In this document: in pieces, positions 49,038 to 59,054 of the stretch
Numbering within the stretch: position 1 is the first letter of the stretch
How the letters are laid out: each line of letters opens with the position of its first letter
Assembly (NCBI GenBank): GCA_963782055.1
Contig: CAWAIF010000002.1
Coordinates: 480,001 to 544,000 of the forward strand
Length of the DNA stretch: 64,000 nucleotides
Direction of reading: 5' to 3'
DNA from: an uncultured delta proteobacterium
Lineage (GTDB): Bacteria > Myxococcota_A > Polyangia > Polyangiales > Polyangiaceae
Position numbers and translations under genes: made by a program
Notes under the pieces: generated by a model
Database searches by the model: none
Told to the model about the DNA's origin: nothing
What the model saw: the letters and a program-made list of their open reading frames with translations, nothing else

Positions 49038-50648
49038 ATGAGCGTCCTGAGAGGATGCGCGCTCGGCCTCGCGTGGCTGGGCACGACGGTGTGCGTCGCG
49101 GCGACGTTCGCGAGCTGCGCCGCGCATGACGACGTGGCCAGCAGCTCGGCGGCCACCACGGCGACGCTCCTCGATGGGGGCGCGATCAACCCGATGGAGC
49201 AGGAGCCGTCCGCGGTCTTCGCCGACCGCTCCCTGCTGGTCGTCGGCTACAACGACGAGCGCAGCGCGCTTGTCCCTGGTGGTTCCACCATGGGCTGGGC
49301 CCGATCCTTCAACAACGGCGTCACCTTCACCAAGTGCAACGCGAACGCCCCGTGCAACGGCTCAGGGGTGGACGTCTCGCGCGTCACCGGGTTCCGGAGC
49401 TTCCTCCGCCACCCGAGCCTCGCCACCGACGGCAAGGGCCATGTCGTCTACGTCACCCTCGCCGACACCGATGGCGACCCTTCGACGGCCGAGCGCGTGG
49501 TCGCCGTGCTCTCCAGCGACTACGGCCAGACCTTCACCACGGCGTTCCCCGTGAACCAGGATAGCTGCGCGAACGGCGTGCAGGACATGCCCTACGCCAC
49601 GTTCGACTACACCACCAGCCCCGCTACACTCTGGATCGTGTGGCGGCACAACGGCAGCGGAGGGTCCTTCGGCGGCTGCATCCGCCGCTTCTTCATCGAC
49701 AAGTACACGGGCGAGCTGGTGGCGCTCGATCCATCGCAGGACGTGGTCGGCATGGAGCAGGACGATCCCTTCTTCGGGAGCCAGGGCGCGCTGGAGGTGC
49801 AGGCCGGCGACGGGATCGTCACGGTGGCCTACGTCGACAGCGACGACGATCACCCCTGCCCGAGCGGCAGCCATCACGGTCAGGCGTGGGGCTCGGTCTC
49901 CACGATCGACAACGCGCACAACTGGGTCGACAACGCTCGCATCTTCCACACGTCCGACTGGCGCTCGTGCCTGCTGCACGGTGGCGGCGGCCTCCACGTG
50001 CAGAACACCATCCGCTCCTTCGACTTCGTCCGGGCGCCCAGCGGCATCGAGTATGCTGTGCTCGCCGACACCAAACGCTCGGTGCGCTTCTTCATGAACG
50101 CCGGCGGCGGCGTCAAGGGCTGGCGCGATCCGACGGACACCCAGGATCCCTGGATGGAGTGGTGCCCCGGCACGCCGACCGGGACGGGCACGACCTCCAA
50201 CTGGAAGCACCACGACGACGGTCCGTGCGGCCACGCGTTCCTCGAGCGCAAGCCGCCCGCGACGTTCACCACGACGCTGCTCCCCACCATCGCCGCCGAC
50301 GGCAACGGCCGCGTCGCGATCGGCCTCTTCACCTTCGAGGCGAAGGGGAAGAAGCAGCGCCCCACCGTCCTCCTGCGGGTCAACCCCAACCCGCTGCTCC
50401 CGGGCTCGCAGTTCGTCGCGCCGCCGACGGCCGTCGCCTTCTCTCCAGAGCTGCCCGAGAGCCTGAGCATCCCTCAGGAGACCGTCTTCCAGCCCTTCGG
50501 GGCGTACTTCCAGATGCTCGCCCGGGAGCCCACGGGCGAGCTCGTCACCCCGGGCTGCTCCGCCAGCGGCGACTTCTACCCCTTCTGGGTGCAGCGTGCG
50601 AACGACGGGACGCCGCAGATCGCCACGCGCGGCGTCGTGGTGCAGTGA
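49038..50648 (+). CDS. Large Asp-box/sialidase-like propeller lipoprotein A
   Basis: FASC lipobox; SFNNGVTF, SSDYGQTF and STIDNAHNW Asp-box-like motifs; GGAGG RBS. Confidence 0.8.
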   Translation: MSVLRGCALGLAWLGTTVCVAATFASCAAHDDVASSSAATTATLLDGGAINPMEQEPSAVFADRSLLVVGYNDERSALVPGGSTMGWARSFNNGVTFTKCNANAPCNGSGVDVSRVTGFRSFLRHPSLATDGKGHVVYVTLADTDGDPSTAERVVAVLSSDYGQTFTTAFPVNQDSCANGVQDMPYATFDYTTSPATLWIVWRHNGSGGSFGGCIRRFFIDKYTGELVALDPSQDVVGMEQDDPFFGSQGALEVQAGDGIVTVAYVDSDDDHPCPSGSHHGQAWGSVSTIDNAHNWVDNARIFHTSDWRSCLLHGGGGLHVQNTIRSFDFVRAPSGIEYAVLADTKRSVRFFMNAGGGVKGWRDPTDTQDPWMEWCPGTPTGTGTTSNWKHHDDGPCGHAFLERKPPATFTTTLLPTIAADGNGRVAIGLFTFEAKGKKQRPTVLLRVNPNPLLPGSQFVAPPTAVAFSPELPESLSIPQETVFQPFGAYFQMLAREPTGELVTPGCSASGDFYPFWVQRANDGTPQIATRGVVVQ

Positions 50649-50649
50649 G

Positions 50650-51285
50650 ATGGGGCGAGGGCGAGCCGCCATCCTGACCGCGATGACCGTTGCGGCGGGG
50701 ATCGCCGTCACGTGCGGCGGGCAGCTCTTCGACGGGTACTTCGACCCGCAGGGCAACTACCACGATCAGGACGGCGCGGTGCTCTTCGGCCCGGGGACGA
50801 GCTGCGAGGGCTACGACGCGTCGGCGCTCGCGTCGACGGCGGGGCAGTGGGAGAAGGGGTCGGTCTACCCGGACCTCGGGGCGTGTGACGCCGACGCCTA
50901 TTGCAAGGCCGCGTTGCCCGCAGGCCTCACATTCCCCACACCCTTCTCCGCGACCAGCACCGACAAGTTCTACATCGTCGAGTGCGTACCCAACGGCTTC
51001 GCGGCTGACGCGGGTGGGATTTGTTCCGCTGGCGCAGACTCACCACCGGCGTGCCCGGGGGAGAACGAGGACGGCAACCACTACTGCCAGACGTTCTACC
51101 AGCAGTTCGTCGCCGCTCCCGGTGCACGCGCGCTGGCTTCGTGCAAGCGCTGCAGCGACCTCCAGCCGAAGCGCGCCGTGTGTGCGGGCGACTACATCTG
51201 CGTGCCGGACTGCTGCAACGGTGCCGGATTCTGCGTGCAGCGCGGGAACGCGGCGGCGGGCTGCGAGTACCCCTGCAAGCCCTGA
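50650..51285 (+). CDS. Cys-rich small exported protein/lipoprotein B, copy 2
   Basis: Starts 1 nt after the A stop; near-identical to 46431-47066. Confidence 0.85.
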   Translation: MGRGRAAILTAMTVAAGIAVTCGGQLFDGYFDPQGNYHDQDGAVLFGPGTSCEGYDASALASTAGQWEKGSVYPDLGACDADAYCKAALPAGLTFPTPFSATSTDKFYIVECVPNGFAADAGGICSAGADSPPACPGENEDGNHYCQTFYQQFVAAPGARALASCKRCSDLQPKRAVCAGDYICVPDCCNGAGFCVQRGNAAAGCEYPCKP

Positions 51286-51295
51286 GGAGTAACGG

Positions 51296-53017
51296 ATGAA
51301 GAAGCGAAGCTTGGTCGTGGTCGCCGGTGTCCTCCTCGTCGTCCTCATGGTCGTCGCGTCGATGAGCGCTTGCAGCAAGTCGCACGAAGGGGAGACCGTA
51401 GCCCGGTCGAGCGCCGCGATCACGCCGGAGAACGACGCGGGTGCGGGGACCACTGTCGCTGGACGGTCCACGCAAGAGCCGTCCGGCGCCTTCGCCAACG
51501 CGAGGGCTCTGGTCGTCGGGTTCAATACGAACATCAACAACGTTCAGAGTCAGGGCTGGGCCGTCTCCAACGACTTCGGGCTGAGCTTCCAGCGGCAGTG
51601 CGACTTCAACGGGACGAGTCTGTTGGCTGCGGATGCAGGCCCTTCCTGTGCTCCGGTGCCGATCCCCGTCAACTCGCACATCCCGACGGGAAGCGACGGC
51701 GGCGAGATCTGGAAGTGGGCGGGCGATCCGACGGTGGTCGCCGACGGTAGAGGCGACGTGGCCTACGTGTCCATGGGGAATCCATCGGTGGGCGCCAGCG
51801 GCGCGGACTTCGTCGCGGTCGCCGTGTCGCAGAACGGCGGGGGGAGCTGGGACTCCACGGTGATCGCCAACGACACCGGCTGCGGCAACGGCGTGCAGGA
51901 TCAGCCCAACGCGGTCTTCGACTACACCACCGACCCGCCGACCCTCTGGGTGGTGTGGCGACACGCGGGCCTCGGAACGATCGGTACCAGCGGTGCCTGC
52001 GTCCGCCGCGGCGTGGTGGACAAGTCAGGCGGCCCGGCGAAGATCCGGTGGCTCGACGATCCCCACACCGTCACCGGGTTGGCCAACGTCTACCAGTACG
52101 GCATGGCCATCGCGGCGGGCGACGGCGTCGTCACGGTGATGTACTCGAACGGGTTCACCTTCCTGCCGAACCTGGGCTCGTGCACCACCTGCTGTCCGGA
52201 CAACGGCGGGCTGTTCACGATGAGCTTCGGGACCGTCGACTCTTTTGACGACGGCGCCACCTGGGACGACAACGCGCAGATCTACTCCTCCCCCTCCTAT
52301 CAGTGGTGCGTGATCGGGGGTGCCGCGGGCGTGCCGGGCAAGGGCAGCGTGCTGGCAGGTCTCAGGCCGTTCGGGCTGGTGCGCGCCCCCGGCGGCATGG
52401 AGTACGCCGTCATCCAGGACTCCCGCCACACCGCCCGCCTTTTCATGAGCCCCGCGGCGGGGCTGAAAGGCTACGAGGCGCCCACGACGACGATCCGCAC
52501 CTGGTTCGAGTGGTGTCCGGGCACGCCCACGTCGAGCGTCGATGGTGGTCCGACGTCGAACTGGAAGAGCTCCGGCAGCGGAAGCGATCTTCCCCCGTGC
52601 GGCCGCCCCGCGATCGAGTCCGATCCGGGGAACACGGGACTCGATCTTGTGTTCCCCACCATCGCCGCCGACGGCCGCGGGAGCCTCGCGATCGGCAACG
52701 TGCAGCAGCTCACCAACGGCGTCGGGGCCCCGGTCACGGTGAACTACGCGATCCGCGGCATCGTCGACCCGCAGCGACCCGGCGCGGTGCTCCAGCCGCC
52801 CAGGTTTCTCAGCCCGGCGGGATTCCAGCTCCCCACGGGAGGCTTCTTCCGGCCGATCGGCGACTACGGCTGGATGGCGGTGCGCCCGAACGTGGCGTCT
52901 CCTCCGCTGAGCAAGCCGGGGTGCACGACCACCAACGACTTCTTCCCGCTGTACACCGCCAACGACGGCACGGGGGTCCCGGACATCATCACCCGCGGCT
53001 ACTCCCTGACGCCATGA
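51296..53017 (+). CDS. Large Asp-box/sialidase-like propeller lipoprotein C, paralogue of A
   Basis: MSAC lipobox; SNDFGLSF, SQNGGGSW and SFDDGATW; shares QEPS, NGVQD.P, FDYTT.P.TLW.VWRH, EWCPGTPT and PTIAADG with A. Confidence 0.85.
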   Translation: MKKRSLVVVAGVLLVVLMVVASMSACSKSHEGETVARSSAAITPENDAGAGTTVAGRSTQEPSGAFANARALVVGFNTNINNVQSQGWAVSNDFGLSFQRQCDFNGTSLLAADAGPSCAPVPIPVNSHIPTGSDGGEIWKWAGDPTVVADGRGDVAYVSMGNPSVGASGADFVAVAVSQNGGGSWDSTVIANDTGCGNGVQDQPNAVFDYTTDPPTLWVVWRHAGLGTIGTSGACVRRGVVDKSGGPAKIRWLDDPHTVTGLANVYQYGMAIAAGDGVVTVMYSNGFTFLPNLGSCTTCCPDNGGLFTMSFGTVDSFDDGATWDDNAQIYSSPSYQWCVIGGAAGVPGKGSVLAGLRPFGLVRAPGGMEYAVIQDSRHTARLFMSPAAGLKGYEAPTTTIRTWFEWCPGTPTSSVDGGPTSNWKSSGSGSDLPPCGRPAIESDPGNTGLDLVFPTIAADGRGSLAIGNVQQLTNGVGAPVTVNYAIRGIVDPQRPGAVLQPPRFLSPAGFQLPTGGFFRPIGDYGWMAVRPNVASPPLSKPGCTTTNDFFPLYTANDGTGVPDIITRGYSLTP

Positions 53018-53475
53018 GACGCGCGCTCGCCGCAGGGCTCATCGCGAGCGTCGCCTTCCTCCCGCTGGCGAGCGGGTGCGGCGGGGGCTGCGGCGTCGTC
53101 GTCGACGTGGACCTGGACGTCCGCGGGGCGTCGAACACGCCCTGCACGGTCACCGTGGCGCACGGGGATCACACCGCGTCGTTCGATGTCGCCGCGCCGG
53201 ATCCCCCCGTGGCGGACACCTCGCTCGCCCCCCGGCGCGCGATCAACGGCGGGACGTGCGGCGACACCGGCGTCGCGGTGACGCCGAACACGAACGGACA
53301 CGTCACGGCGACGCGCAGCGCGACCGACCTGTGCCTGTCGGTCGGCGACGTCCGTGACCTGAGCGAAACGCTCGGCGTCGACTGCCCGTCCGGGGACTAC
53401 ACGATCACCCTGAGCTGCGCCGGCGCCGCGCTCTACGACCACGTCGCGTTGAACGTCTGCAGCTGCCAGGGCTGA
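53014..53475 (+). CDS. Small Cys-rich lipoprotein D, translationally coupled to C
   Basis: ATGA overlap; LASGC lipobox; ends VCSCQG. Confidence 0.75.
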   Translation: MRRALAAGLIASVAFLPLASGCGGGCGVVVDVDLDVRGASNTPCTVTVAHGDHTASFDVAAPDPPVADTSLAPRRAINGGTCGDTGVAVTPNTNGHVTATRSATDLCLSVGDVRDLSETLGVDCPSGDYTITLSCAGAALYDHVALNVCSCQG

Positions 53476-53600
53476 AGACGCGCTCCAGCCGCGCGACGCC
53501 GGCCCGCCCACGCGGGACCTTCCACAAAAGCAGAAACGGGAGGGACCCTCTTGCGATCGAGGGGCCTCCCGTCTCCTGGTTTTCGGTTCGCGCGTGACGC

Positions 53601-53810
53601 TCAGTGGGACACGCCGTTCAGCGAGAGCAGGGCCGGCTGCGCAGACCCGTTCGTGCCGTTCGTGGTCGCCGCCGGCGGGGGCGCCGGTGTCGCCGCGGGC
53701 GCGGCCGCGGCCTCCGGTGCGGGGGCGAGGTCCACCACCACCCCGTGGACGCTCGCCTTCTGCCGCGGGCCCATCGTGTGGCGCGCGGCGCGCGTGGCCC
53801 GGGACGGACG
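53601..53810 (-). pseudogene. Probable 3' remnant of a myxobacterial hypothetical gene
   Basis: Reads RATRAARHTMGPRQKASVHG...PAPPPAATTNG*, with no 5' part. Confidence 0.35.
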
Positions 53811-54191
53811 TCAGAACCGACCCGCGACGCCGTTCACCGTCAGCCACACGGCCGCGTCGTCCTCGTGGTGCCGGTGCTTCGCCCCGAGGTACACGAGCGG
53901 GATGCCCGCCGCGATCGCCAGCGCGCCCGCCACCACGCCGGCGGTGAGCCCGGCGATCATGCCGGTGTTGTGCGTGGGGGGCGCGCAGCCCCATTGGGAG
54001 CAGGCGGGGCTGGGATTGGAGAACACGTAGAGGATGGGCGTGGTGATCGCGACCGTGACCGTGCCGACGGTCAGGAGTCCGATACCGCTGACGACCATCG
54101 CCGGGCTCCGCATCCCGTGGTCGTCCGCGTGCGCGAGGGTGGGGACGGTCAGCGCGCCGAGGAGGAGACAGGCCTGCAGGATCCGCCGCAT
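53811..54191 (-). CDS. Small secreted/membrane protein (signal peptide + two hydrophobic helices, terminal Phe)
   Basis: AHA signal cleavage site; two Gly/Ala-rich helices; ends GVAGRF. Confidence 0.65.
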   Translation of the reverse strand: MRRILQACLLLGALTVPTLAHADDHGMRSPAMVVSGIGLLTVGTVTVAITTPILYVFSNPSPACSQWGCAPPTHNTGMIAGLTAGVVAGALAIAAGIPLVYLGAKHRHHEDDAAVWLTVNGVAGRF

Positions 54192-54328
54192 GCAGAAAGC
54201 GTAGCACGGCTCTGGGAAGTAGCTGCCCATCGCCCGCGAGGAGAACCCGAAGGCGAGGCGACAGAGCGACGTCGCGCGCTCGGCTGGCCGGCACGCAGAA
54301 GCTGTTGGCCTGAGGGATGCGCGCAGGC

Positions 54329-55423
54329 CTATCGGGTGAACGCCGACCACGCGACAGCGCGGACCCAGTTCCCGACGCCCGTGTTGGAGAATGTGACGAG
54401 CGCGCCGCCGACGACCCAAAGAACCTTCCGGCTCGTCATCACGCGCTCGGCGACGCCCCTTGCCGACTCACCCGCGACATACCAGACGAGTGCGTTGGTC
54501 GCCAGGAGCACTACGGAGACGGCCATCGCTGCAACAAGCACCACCTCGATCGCGTTCGTGGGAAGCGCGAAAAGGAACACCTCGGCGAGCCACTGCACGT
54601 GCATCGTCTCCGCGATCATGGCGAAGGGCGCGACGATGATCGCGATGGCGGCAATGGTGAGTATGCCGAGCTTGAGCATCAGCCACGCCACGTCTCCCCC
54701 GCGGAGAGCCGCCCGAAGCACCGCGCGGACGACGGCTACCAGCGCCGAGTCGCACGCGATGCCGACGACGAGACCGGCCACGAGGAGTAGCAGCTGGTGG
54801 TTGCCGCCGATCCCAAGCTTGATGCACGTCCAGAGCATGCTCACCATGAGCCGGAGTGCTTTGCTCCCGAACACGACGAGCGCAATCGCCGTAATCCACC
54901 CGCGAGGCCGGTGCTGTCCCAGTAAGGACGGGACGAGCGCCAGCCCGAGGAAGGCGAGGGCAAGGTAGGAGAACACTGCGAACCCCATCCGCACCTTCGC
55001 AGGCGTCAAGCCCTTCGTGGCGACGTCGCTTGCCATCTTCGCGAGCGCGGCCTGCTTTGCCGGGTCGGCTGGGTGGTACACGTGTGGGAGCGCGACGACC
55101 ACCGCGAGGAGGCAAAGCAGGGCAACGGCGCCGGATGCGCAAGAGAGCATCCATGCCCCCCAAAGGCTGCGCATCGACAGGACCTTCTTCATGCCGAAGA
55201 CGTGGTCCAGGAAGAGGAGCGTCTGCCGACAGACGGCACGGCCCAGCACGCGAAGCTGCTTCGTGATGTGGCGTTCCCCCGCGCGCCTGACGTCTGCCCG
55301 GGCTTTGTCGACAGCGGCCTTGGCAGACGCGAGGTGGGCATCGGTTCCAAAGACTGTGAGCCAGAGAAGTAGCAGGCCGATCACGAGCTTGAAGTAGTGC
55401 CAAGCTGCAGCGAGATGGGGCAT
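54329..55423 (-). CDS. Hypothetical polytopic membrane protein
   Basis: Roughly 8-9 hydrophobic segments; atypical codon usage. Confidence 0.65.
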   Translation of the reverse strand: MPHLAAAWHYFKLVIGLLLLWLTVFGTDAHLASAKAAVDKARADVRRAGERHITKQLRVLGRAVCRQTLLFLDHVFGMKKVLSMRSLWGAWMLSCASGAVALLCLLAVVVALPHVYHPADPAKQAALAKMASDVATKGLTPAKVRMGFAVFSYLALAFLGLALVPSLLGQHRPRGWITAIALVVFGSKALRLMVSMLWTCIKLGIGGNHQLLLLVAGLVVGIACDSALVAVVRAVLRAALRGGDVAWLMLKLGILTIAAIAIIVAPFAMIAETMHVQWLAEVFLFALPTNAIEVVLVAAMAVSVVLLATNALVWYVAGESARGVAERVMTSRKVLWVVGGALVTFSNTGVGNWVRAVAWSAFTR

Positions 55424-55574
55424 GGCCAGCAGGGACGTGGGGGGGCACCTGTTTCTGGTTTCTGACGCACGGCGCCGCTCTGTCGCGCGCCCAACCTGCA
55501 GGTTTCGTCCAACTGGGGTGCTCGCCTGCTGTACTCTGTTTGCCTGGGCGGACCCCGTCCGGCCCGCGCCCGCC

Positions 55575-58500
55575 GTGACCCCCACCCCGTCGCCCAACTT
55601 CGCCTACCTCGCGCATCACGACGCGCGGCTCGTCGCGCTCGCGACCCAGGCGGAGGAGCACTTCGCGGGGGACCCGACCGTCACCCTATTCAAGCTGCGC
55701 CAGTTCGGGGAGGTGCTCGCGCAGCGCGCGGCCGCGAAGACGGGCGTGTTCGTGCCGGACGAGGGGCAGCACCAGCTCATCGATCGGCTCTTCGAGCGCG
55801 GCGTGATCGGGGCCATGCAGCGGTCCCTGTTCCACGACCTGCGCCGCATCGGCAACGCCGCCGTGCACGACGGCGCCGGCGATCACCGCGAGGCGCTGCA
55901 CCAGCTCCGGATGGCGCGCGAGCTGGCGGTCTGGTTTCAGCGCAGTTTCGGCAACAACCGCAGGTTCGATCCCGGCCCATTCGTGCCGCCGCCGGAGCCG
56001 AGGAAGGCGGAGTCGGGGCTGCACGAGGAGCTGACGCGGCTGCGCGGCGAGATGGACGCGCGCCACAAGGATCTGGAGGCGGCGCAGCAGGCCATCGAGG
56101 AGGCGCGGAAGGCAGCGGACGCCGAGGCCGCCGCCAAGCTGAGCGCGGAGGAGCGGGCGGCGAAGACGGCGGAGGAGCTGGCCATCTGGGAGAACCTGGC
56201 GAGCGAGGAGCTGCAGACGCATCGCGACACCGCGAAGGCCGCCGTGCAGCGGAGCGCCGCGCTGGAGGAGCAGAACCGGAAGCTCCTCGCCGAGCTCGCC
56301 GCGGCGCAGGCCGCCGCGCAGGCGATGCCCGCCCGGCAGCTCGCCGCCACCATCGCGCAGGCCTCCGCCGCCAGCGAGGCCACCCAGCTCGACGAGGCGG
56401 CCACCCGCAAGCTGATCGATCGCCAGCTCCGTGACGCCGGCTGGGAGGCGGACTCCGAGCTGCTCACCTACGAGCGGGGCGTGCGCCCCACCAAGGGGAA
56501 GAACCTCGCCATCGCCGAGTGGCCCACCTTCGCGGACGGCAAGGAGGGGTGGGCGGACTACGTGCTCTTCGCCGGCCTGCAGGCGGTCGCCGTCGTCGAG
56601 GCGAAGCGCAAGCACAAGGACGTGATGGGGGTCATCCCGCAGGCGAAGCGCTACTCCGCGGGCTACGTCGTGCGCGGCGCGGAGTTCCTCCCGGAGGGGA
56701 GCCCGTGGGGCGCGCTCAAGGTGCCCTTCCTCTTCGCCACCAACGGCCGCCCCTACCTCCGACAGTTCCGGCAGAAGAGCGGTATCTGGTTTCTGGACGC
56801 GCGCCGGTCGCAGAACCATCCCGTCCCGCTGGAGGGCTGGTACACGCCGGAGGGCCTGGTCGATCTGCTGCGCCAGGACGTCGACGCGGCGTACGCCAGG
56901 CTCAAGGTCGAGCCGATGCCGTACGTCGACCGCGACTACCAGCGCAACACCATCCTCGCGGTGGAGAAGGGCCTGGAGGAGGGCAAGCGCGAGCTGCTCG
57001 TCGCCATGGCGACCGGCACCGGCAAGACGCGCACCTGCATCGGCCTCTGCTACCGCCTCCTGAAGACCAAGCGCTTCCGCCGCGTGCTCTTCCTCGTCGA
57101 CCGCAACGCCCTCGGCAAGCAGGCGGGCGACGCGCTCAAGGATCTGCGCCTGGAGAACCTGCAGACCTTCACCGACATCTTCAACGTGAAGGAGCTCGGC
57201 GATCTGAAGCCGGACCGGGAGACCAGGCTGCAGATCGCGACCATCCAGGCGATGGTCAAGCGCGTGCTCGGGCCGCACGAGGAGGGGAGCGAGCCGGAGA
57301 TCCCGTCCGTCGACCAGTACGACTGCATCGTCGTGGACGAGTGCCACCGCGGCTACCTCCTCGACCGGGAGCTGTCCGACCGCGAGCTCCTCTTCCGCGA
57401 CGAGGAGGACTACATCTCCAAGTACCGCCGCGTGCTCGACCACTTCGACGCCGTGAAGGTCGGCCTCACCGCCACCCCGGCCCTCCACACCAAGGAGATC
57501 TTCGGCGCCCCCGTCTTCTCGTACTCGTACCGCGAGGCGGTGGTGGACGGCTTCCTCGTCGATCACGAGCCGCCCATCCGGATCGTGACCAAGCTCGGGC
57601 AGGACGGCATCCACTACCAGGCGCACGAGGAGGTGCTGGTGCTGGACCGCTCCACGATGCAGACGAAGAAGGAGGAGCTGCCCGACGAGGTGCAGTTCGA
57701 CGTCGACGCCTTCAACCGCCGCGTCATCACCGAGAACTTCAACCGTGCGGTGCTCGCGGAGCTGGTCAACCACATCGATCCGGAGCAGGACGAGAAGACC
57801 CTCGTCTTCTGCGCCACCGACGAGCACGCCGACATGGTGGTGGGCCTGCTCAAGGAGGCGCTCACCAAGAAGTTCGGGGAGGTGGACGACGAGGCGGTCG
57901 CCAAGATCACCGGCGCCACCGACCGGCCGCTCGAGGCCATCCGCCGCTACCGCAACGAGCGCTACCCCAACATCGCCGTCACCGTGGACCTGCTCACCAC
58001 CGGCATCGACGTGCCGCGCATCGCCAACCTGGTGTTTTTGCGCCGGGTGCGCAGCCGCATCCTCTACGAGCAGATGATCGGCCGCGCGACCCGCCTCTGC
58101 GAGGACATCGGCAAGGAGCGCTTCCGCATCTTCGACGCCGTCGACCTCTACTCCGCCCTCAAGGACGTGACCGACATGAAGCCGGTCGTCGTCAACCCGA
58201 CCGTCACCTTCGAGCAGCTGGTGAAGGAGATCGTGGAGGGCAAGGAGGACGAGTTCCGCCGCGCCGCGATCGGGGAGCTGCTCGCCAAGCTGCACGGCAA
58301 GCACCGCGCCTTCAAGGGCGAGGCGGAGGAGCGCTTCCAGACCGCCGCGGGCATGGGCCTCAAGGACCTGGCGCAGATGCTCAAGACCGCCACCGTGGGC
58401 GCCGCCGCCGACTACCTCGCCGCGCACGCGGAGCTCGCGCCCTTCCTGGACCGCACCACCGGCGCCGGCGGCTACAAGGTGATCGTCTCGGAGTCCGCCG

Positions 58501-59054
58501 ACGAGCTGCGCGAGGTCACGCGCGGCTACGGCAAGCACGGCAGCCGCCGCCCCGGCGACTACCTCGAGGCGTTCCGCGCCTTCGTGGAGACCAACCTGAA
58601 CAAGATGCCGGCGCTCCTGGTGGTGACGCAGCGCCCGCGCGAGCTGACGCGCGAGGATCTGCGCCAGCTCAAGCTCCTGCTCGATCAGGAGGGCTTCAAC
58701 GAGAAGGCCGTCCAGACCGCGTGGCGCGAGCAGAAGAACGAGGACATCGCCGCCACCATCGTCGGCTACATCCGCCAGCTCGCCCTCGGCTCACCCCTCG
58801 TCCCCTACGCCGAGCGCGTGGACCACGCCCTGGCGCGCATCCGGAAGAAGCACAAGTTCACCGACATGCAGGCCAAGTGGCTGGAGCGCATCGCCAAGCA
58901 GGTGAAGCTGGAGACCGTGGTGGACCGCGCGTCACTGGACGCCGGCCAGTTCAAGGCGGACGGCGGGTTCGCCAGGTTGAACAAGGTGTTCGACGGCAAG
59001 CTGGAGGGACTCCTCGGCGAGCTGGCGGACGAGGTATGGAGGGATGCAGGATGA
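55575..59054 (+). CDS. hsdR: Type I restriction endonuclease subunit R (EcoKI-like)
   Basis: ADYVL...VEAK nuclease motif; MATGTGKT; DECHRGY; TGID; QMIGRATR; EcoEI_R_C-like tail. Confidence 0.95.
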   Translation: MTPTPSPNFAYLAHHDARLVALATQAEEHFAGDPTVTLFKLRQFGEVLAQRAAAKTGVFVPDEGQHQLIDRLFERGVIGAMQRSLFHDLRRIGNAAVHDGAGDHREALHQLRMARELAVWFQRSFGNNRRFDPGPFVPPPEPRKAESGLHEELTRLRGEMDARHKDLEAAQQAIEEARKAADAEAAAKLSAEERAAKTAEELAIWENLASEELQTHRDTAKAAVQRSAALEEQNRKLLAELAAAQAAAQAMPARQLAATIAQASAASEATQLDEAATRKLIDRQLRDAGWEADSELLTYERGVRPTKGKNLAIAEWPTFADGKEGWADYVLFAGLQAVAVVEAKRKHKDVMGVIPQAKRYSAGYVVRGAEFLPEGSPWGALKVPFLFATNGRPYLRQFRQKSGIWFLDARRSQNHPVPLEGWYTPEGLVDLLRQDVDAAYARLKVEPMPYVDRDYQRNTILAVEKGLEEGKRELLVAMATGTGKTRTCIGLCYRLLKTKRFRRVLFLVDRNALGKQAGDALKDLRLENLQTFTDIFNVKELGDLKPDRETRLQIATIQAMVKRVLGPHEEGSEPEIPSVDQYDCIVVDECHRGYLLDRELSDRELLFRDEEDYISKYRRVLDHFDAVKVGLTATPALHTKEIFGAPVFSYSYREAVVDGFLVDHEPPIRIVTKLGQDGIHYQAHEEVLVLDRSTMQTKKEELPDEVQFDVDAFNRRVITENFNRAVLAELVNHIDPEQDEKTLVFCATDEHADMVVGLLKEALTKKFGEVDDEAVAKITGATDRPLEAIRRYRNERYPNIAVTVDLLTTGIDVPRIANLVFLRRVRSRILYEQMIGRATRLCEDIGKERFRIFDAVDLYSALKDVTDMKPVVVNPTVTFEQLVKEIVEGKEDEFRRAAIGELLAKLHGKHRAFKGEAEERFQTAAGMGLKDLAQMLKTATVGAAADYLAAHAELAPFLDRTTGAGGYKVIVSESADELREVTRGYGKHGSRRPGDYLEAFRAFVETNLNKMPALLVVTQRPRELTREDLRQLKLLLDQEGFNEKAVQTAWREQKNEDIAATIVGYIRQLALGSPLVPYAERVDHALARIRKKHKFTDMQAKWLERIAKQVKLETVVDRASLDAGQFKADGGFARLNKVFDGKLEGLLGELADEVWRDAG

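Noticed and set aside
46371..51337. IS, composite transposon or DGR template/variable repeat explaining the 750-bp duplication
   Set aside because: No transposase, terminal inverted repeats or reverse transcriptase. The differences between the copies are not confined to adenines.
49038..53017. True sialidases
   Set aside because: Asp-box-like motifs are present, but I see no RIP motif or recognisable Arg triad, so only a fold-level call is made.
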